Of a stretch of DNA of 64,000 nucleotides, positions 61,923 through 64,000 are shown piece after piece (within the stretch, counting starts at the first letter, position 1; every line of letters begins with the position of its first letter). The position numbers were made by a program, and so were the translations under genes. The notes below the pieces were generated by a model that worked only from the letters and a program-made list of their open reading frames with translations, did not search any database and was not told where the DNA came from. The stretch comes from an uncultured Gammaproteobacteria bacterium (GTDB taxonomy: Bacteria; Patescibacteriota; Patescibacteriia; JAHIZJ01): contig CAYJKP010000001.1 in assembly GCA_964371245.1 (NCBI GenBank), forward strand, positions 123,042 through 187,041, given 5' to 3'.

Positions 61923-62480
61923 ATGTCAAAGATTGGTAAAATTCCAGTTCCATTGCCAGCCGGCGTCCTGCTGACGGTCGGTCAAGACAATGTGGTTACG
62001 GTCAAAGGCCCGAAAGGGGAGTTGCGTCAGCCTTTAGATAACCATGTTCAGGTTCGCCAGGAGGACCAAGTGATTCAGGTGAGCGTTAAAAACCCCGACG
62101 ATCGGAACCAGCGGGCGTTATGGGGGTTAAGCCGTTCCCTCATCAATAATATGGTGATTGGCGTGTCAAAAGGCTTTGAAAAGAAGCTAGAGATAAATGG
62201 CGTTGGCTATCGAGCGGCGCTCCAGGGACGAACGATTCAGCTGAATCTAGGATTTTCGCACCCGGTAAACTACATCGTACCGGATGGCATTGAAGCGAAA
62301 ATTGAAAAAAACATCATCGTCTTAACCGGAATCGATAAACACTTGATCGGCGAGGTGGCGGCGCAAATCCGTCGGCTCAAGCCGCCGGAACCGTATAAGG
62401 GTAAAGGCATTAAATATCTTGAAGAAGTTATTCGACGCAAGGCCGGAAAAGCGGTCAAGGCGGCCGAAGGAAAGAAATAA
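61923..62480 (+). CDS. rplF: 50S ribosomal protein uL6
   Basis: MSKIGKIP, PEPYKGKGIKY. Confidence 0.97.
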   Translation: MSKIGKIPVPLPAGVLLTVGQDNVVTVKGPKGELRQPLDNHVQVRQEDQVIQVSVKNPDDRNQRALWGLSRSLINNMVIGVSKGFEKKLEINGVGYRAALQGRTIQLNLGFSHPVNYIVPDGIEAKIEKNIIVLTGIDKHLIGEVAAQIRRLKPPEPYKGKGIKYLEEVIRRKAGKAVKAAEGKK

Positions 62481-62492
62481 CAGCGCTTTATT

Positions 62493-62849
62493 ATGGCAAA
62501 TCTTCAAAAAAAGAAACAAGCGGGTCGTATCCAACGCCGTCGCCGAGCCCGGTCAAAGATTGTTGGCACCGCCAGTCGTCCGCGCCTGGTTGTATTTCGG
62601 AGCCTGAAGCATATTTCCGTTCAGGCAATAGACGATAACCGCGGACAGACGCTCGCGGCGGTCACCGACCGGGAAGCCGGAAAGAAACTGGCCGGCGTTG
62701 AAGCAGCCAAAGCGGTTGGTGAGTTGGTGGCTAAAAAGCTGCAAACCAAAAAGATAACCGCGGTAGTTTTTGATCGGAATGGCTATAAATATCACGGTCA
62801 GGTGAAAGCCTTGGCCGAAGCGGCGCGGGCAGGAGGCTTACAATTTTAA
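62493..62849 (+). CDS. rplR: 50S ribosomal protein uL18
   Basis: [19 protein letters not shown]. Confidence 0.96.
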   Translation: MANLQKKKQAGRIQRRRRARSKIVGTASRPRLVVFRSLKHISVQAIDDNRGQTLAAVTDREAGKKLAGVEAAKAVGELVAKKLQTKKITAVVFDRNGYKYHGQVKALAEAARAGGLQF

Positions 62850-62857
62850 GGTTGAAC

Positions 62858-63391
62858 ATGGAACCAGATAAACGACCAAGACGAAGAAATCAGCGACGTG
62901 AGGAAAAAAAGGATTCTGAATTCGATCAGCGCGTTATTGAAGTGAAACGCGTCACTCGAGTGATGGCCGGTGGCAAGCGGATGCGTTTTCGGGCCTGTGT
63001 TGTTGTCGGTGACGGCAAGGGGCGAGTTGGCGTTGGCCTGGCAAAAGGCGCGGATGTATCAATTGCGGTAAACAAGGCTGCCTTAAAAGGCCAAAAAGCG
63101 CTGATCCGGGTAAACATAGTGAAGGACACTATTCCGCACCGCGTTTTGTGCAAGTATAAAGCCGCCCAGGTGCTCTTAAAGCCCGGCCCGGCCGGTACCG
63201 GCGTCGTGGCTGGCGGACCAACGCGCTCAGTTGTTGAACTCGCCGGTATTAAGAATATTATTATCAAAATGCTTGGCTCGCGGAATAAACTAAATAACGT
63301 GAAGGCGACGATTGAAGCATTAAGCCAGCTCAAAGACATTAAAAATGATATCCATGGAACTCAGCCTGAATCAGCTCCAGACAAAAAATAG
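62858..63391 (+). CDS. rpsE: 30S ribosomal protein uS5
   Basis: RVTRVMAGGKRMRF, GTGVVAGG. Confidence 0.96.
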   Translation: MEPDKRPRRRNQRREEKKDSEFDQRVIEVKRVTRVMAGGKRMRFRACVVVGDGKGRVGVGLAKGADVSIAVNKAALKGQKALIRVNIVKDTIPHRVLCKYKAAQVLLKPGPAGTGVVAGGPTRSVVELAGIKNIIIKMLGSRNKLNNVKATIEALSQLKDIKNDIHGTQPESAPDKK

Positions 63392-63806
63392 AAAACACCG
63401 CCGGCGCGTTGGTCGGGGAAGCGGCTCAGGTCGCGGAACCTACAGCGGACGGGGTATGAAGGGCCAGAAATCTCGTTCGGGCGCGAATATCCGGCCGGGC
63501 TTTGAAGGCGGTCGGATGCCGCTCATCCGTCAAGTTCCCAAAAGCCGAGGCTTCAAGAGCCGTTATGAGAAAGCGACGGTGGTTAATATTGGCGATTTGG
63601 AAAAAACCTATGCCAATAACGAGTTGGTCACACCGGCGAAATTAGTGGAGAAAGGTTTTCTCAAAACAGCCAACCAGTACGTGAAGATATTAGGGAATGG
63701 GGAATTACAGAAGTCATTGACTGTTGAAGCGAACGCATTCTCAAAATCGGCAAAAGATGCTATAACAAAAGCAGGCGGCGCCATACGCATCCGTCGATCT
63801 CTATGA
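63354..63806 (+). CDS. rplO: 50S ribosomal protein uL15
   Basis: RVGRGSGSG.G..SGRG.KGQKSR, FEGG..PL. Confidence 0.96.
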   Translation: MELSLNQLQTKNRKHRRRVGRGSGSGRGTYSGRGMKGQKSRSGANIRPGFEGGRMPLIRQVPKSRGFKSRYEKATVVNIGDLEKTYANNELVTPAKLVEKGFLKTANQYVKILGNGELQKSLTVEANAFSKSAKDAITKAGGAIRIRRSL

Positions 63807-64000
63807 ACATTTGGCAGAAAATCATACAAATTTGGCAAATCCGCGATCTTCGGAAGAAGATTTTGTTTGTTTTTGCGATTCTGATTGTTTTCCGGCTCGC
63901 GGCCCATATTCCCGTTCCCGGGGTTGACGTCTCGAACCTAAAGAATTTTTTCAATTCCAACCAGGTCCTTGGTTTGTTGAATGTCTTTTCCGGCGGTGCG
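63803..64000 (+). CDS. secY: Preprotein translocase SecY (3' truncated by window)
   Basis: DLRKKILF...FRLAAHIPVPGVD...LNVFSGGA after rplO. Confidence 0.93.
   Translation, partial: MNIWQKIIQIWQIRDLRKKILFVFAILIVFRLAAHIPVPGVDVSNLKNFFNSNQVLGLLNVFSGGA

Overview
Chromosomal segment of a Patescibacteria (CPR) bacterium. This is inferred from the absence of rpmD between rpsE and rplO, a tRNA-Arg(GCG), mostly SD-less AT-rich starts and CPR-style PrgI/VirB4 and type IV pilus clusters; TGA is used as stop. In order: a stand-alone PEP-synthase N-domain and a PrgI/VirB4/VirB2-like secretion cluster (1-10.3 kb); a GC-rich orphan gene with a ~450-nt structured leader; recG, PAP2, tRNA-Arg, DsbA; an unusual tRNA-Ser locus; lemA-htpX-clpC-comF; a 1415-aa modular surface protein; a type IV pilus locus (pilMNO, pilB, pilT-like, pilC, pilins, pilD, minor pilins) interrupted by a RAYT-like transposase and a foreign-looking beta-propeller gene; ligA, gatCA, an Adk-like gene, tRNA-Pro, rpmB; and the str-S10-spc ribosomal clusters up to secY. 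The most striking observations are: (1) a complete, divergent tRNA-Ser(TGA) nested inside a broken tRNA-Ser(TGA) between 9-bp inverted repeats; (2) a ~300-nt three-domain non-coding RNA candidate with a perfect sigma70 promoter and terminator between ligA and gatC; (3) a second promoter-driven structured RNA leader at 11.0-11.5 kb; (4) a REPIN-like hairpin pair inserted in frame in the transposase. All calls come from reading motifs by eye; no database searches or folding programs were run.
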